Shown here in pieces: positions 63,743-64,000 of a DNA stretch of 64,000 nucleotides. The first letter of the stretch is position 1; the number at the start of each line of letters is the position of its first letter. The notes beneath the pieces are model-generated. The model worked only from the letters and a program-made list of their open reading frames with translations, made no database searches and was not told the origin of the DNA. The stretch covers positions 1 to 64,000 of the IMG/VR virus record IMGVR_UViG_2974601178_000001. One strand, 5' to 3'. This stretch comes from a virus. Its lineage: Duplodnaviria; Caudoviricetes. The translations under genes were made by a program, and so were the position numbers.

Positions 63743-63790
63743 TTACACACAGGCTTATTTAGTTATCCACAGGTAGAAAAGTTATCCACA
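63743..63790 (+). promoter_or_regulatory. DnaA box array
   Basis: TTATCCACA at 63763 and 63782; TTACACACA at 63743. Confidence 0.8.
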
Positions 63791-64000
63791 ATAAAATTAA
63801 TTTAATTTATTTTTAAAAAAGTATTGTAATCTTATATTAGGTGCGTATAATGGAATACATAGAAACAAGCATGCGAACTTTAGCGAAAGCGGGAACGGTG
63901 GAGAATAAAACACCGAGGCTGCGTGAAATTTAAAATGTTATGATATAACATAACAACTATTTTGCTATAATATAACATCTCATATATTTTGATACAGTAT

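Noticed and set aside
58995-64000. LexA boxes (about 58998, 63980) and CRP sites (about 63685; also 57371)
   Set aside because: Only one half-site matches in each case.
1-64000. Alternative genetic code, or prophage/integrase
   Set aside because: Conserved genes are intact in code 11 and use all three stops; no integrase or host genes seen.

Overview
This is a 64-kb, AT-rich segment of a large lytic tailed phage (rV5/Felix O1/T5-like gene content). Holin style and operator motifs suggest a gammaproteobacterial, probably marine, host; that is inference. Layout: (1) 1-9.2 kb, minus strand: GIY-YIG, possible small terminase, two tRNAs, exonuclease, Toprim protein, and an HTH-RHH-PolA-fold-HNH cassette. 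(2) 9.3-14.7 kb: holin-like and tail-fibre/tailspike island. (3) 14.9-53.3 kb, plus strand: DNA and nucleotide metabolism (ligase, nucleotidyltransferase, RdgC-like, 5'-3' exonuclease, thyA, dhfr, nrdA split by a 221-nt group I intron in the catalytic Cys codon, NrdB-glutaredoxin fusion, GH108 endolysin, PhoH, ClpP-like, two adenine MTases, Pif1/RecD-like helicase, many HNH genes). (4) 53.3-56.9 kb: RHH-helicase cassette next to an origin-like region. (5) 56.8-64 kb: a probable terminal/pre-early region with small individually promoted genes (Ocr-like, DenV) and DnaA boxes. The most striking unexplained signal is about 2.2 kb of mostly non-coding DNA (56.8-59.0 kb) packed with near-consensus binding sites for several host regulators: about 7 Fur boxes, 4 sigma54 -24/-12 sites, ARG boxes and other palindromes. 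It is a candidate cis-acting transcription-factor decoy array. All calls are from motif reading by eye; no searches were run.
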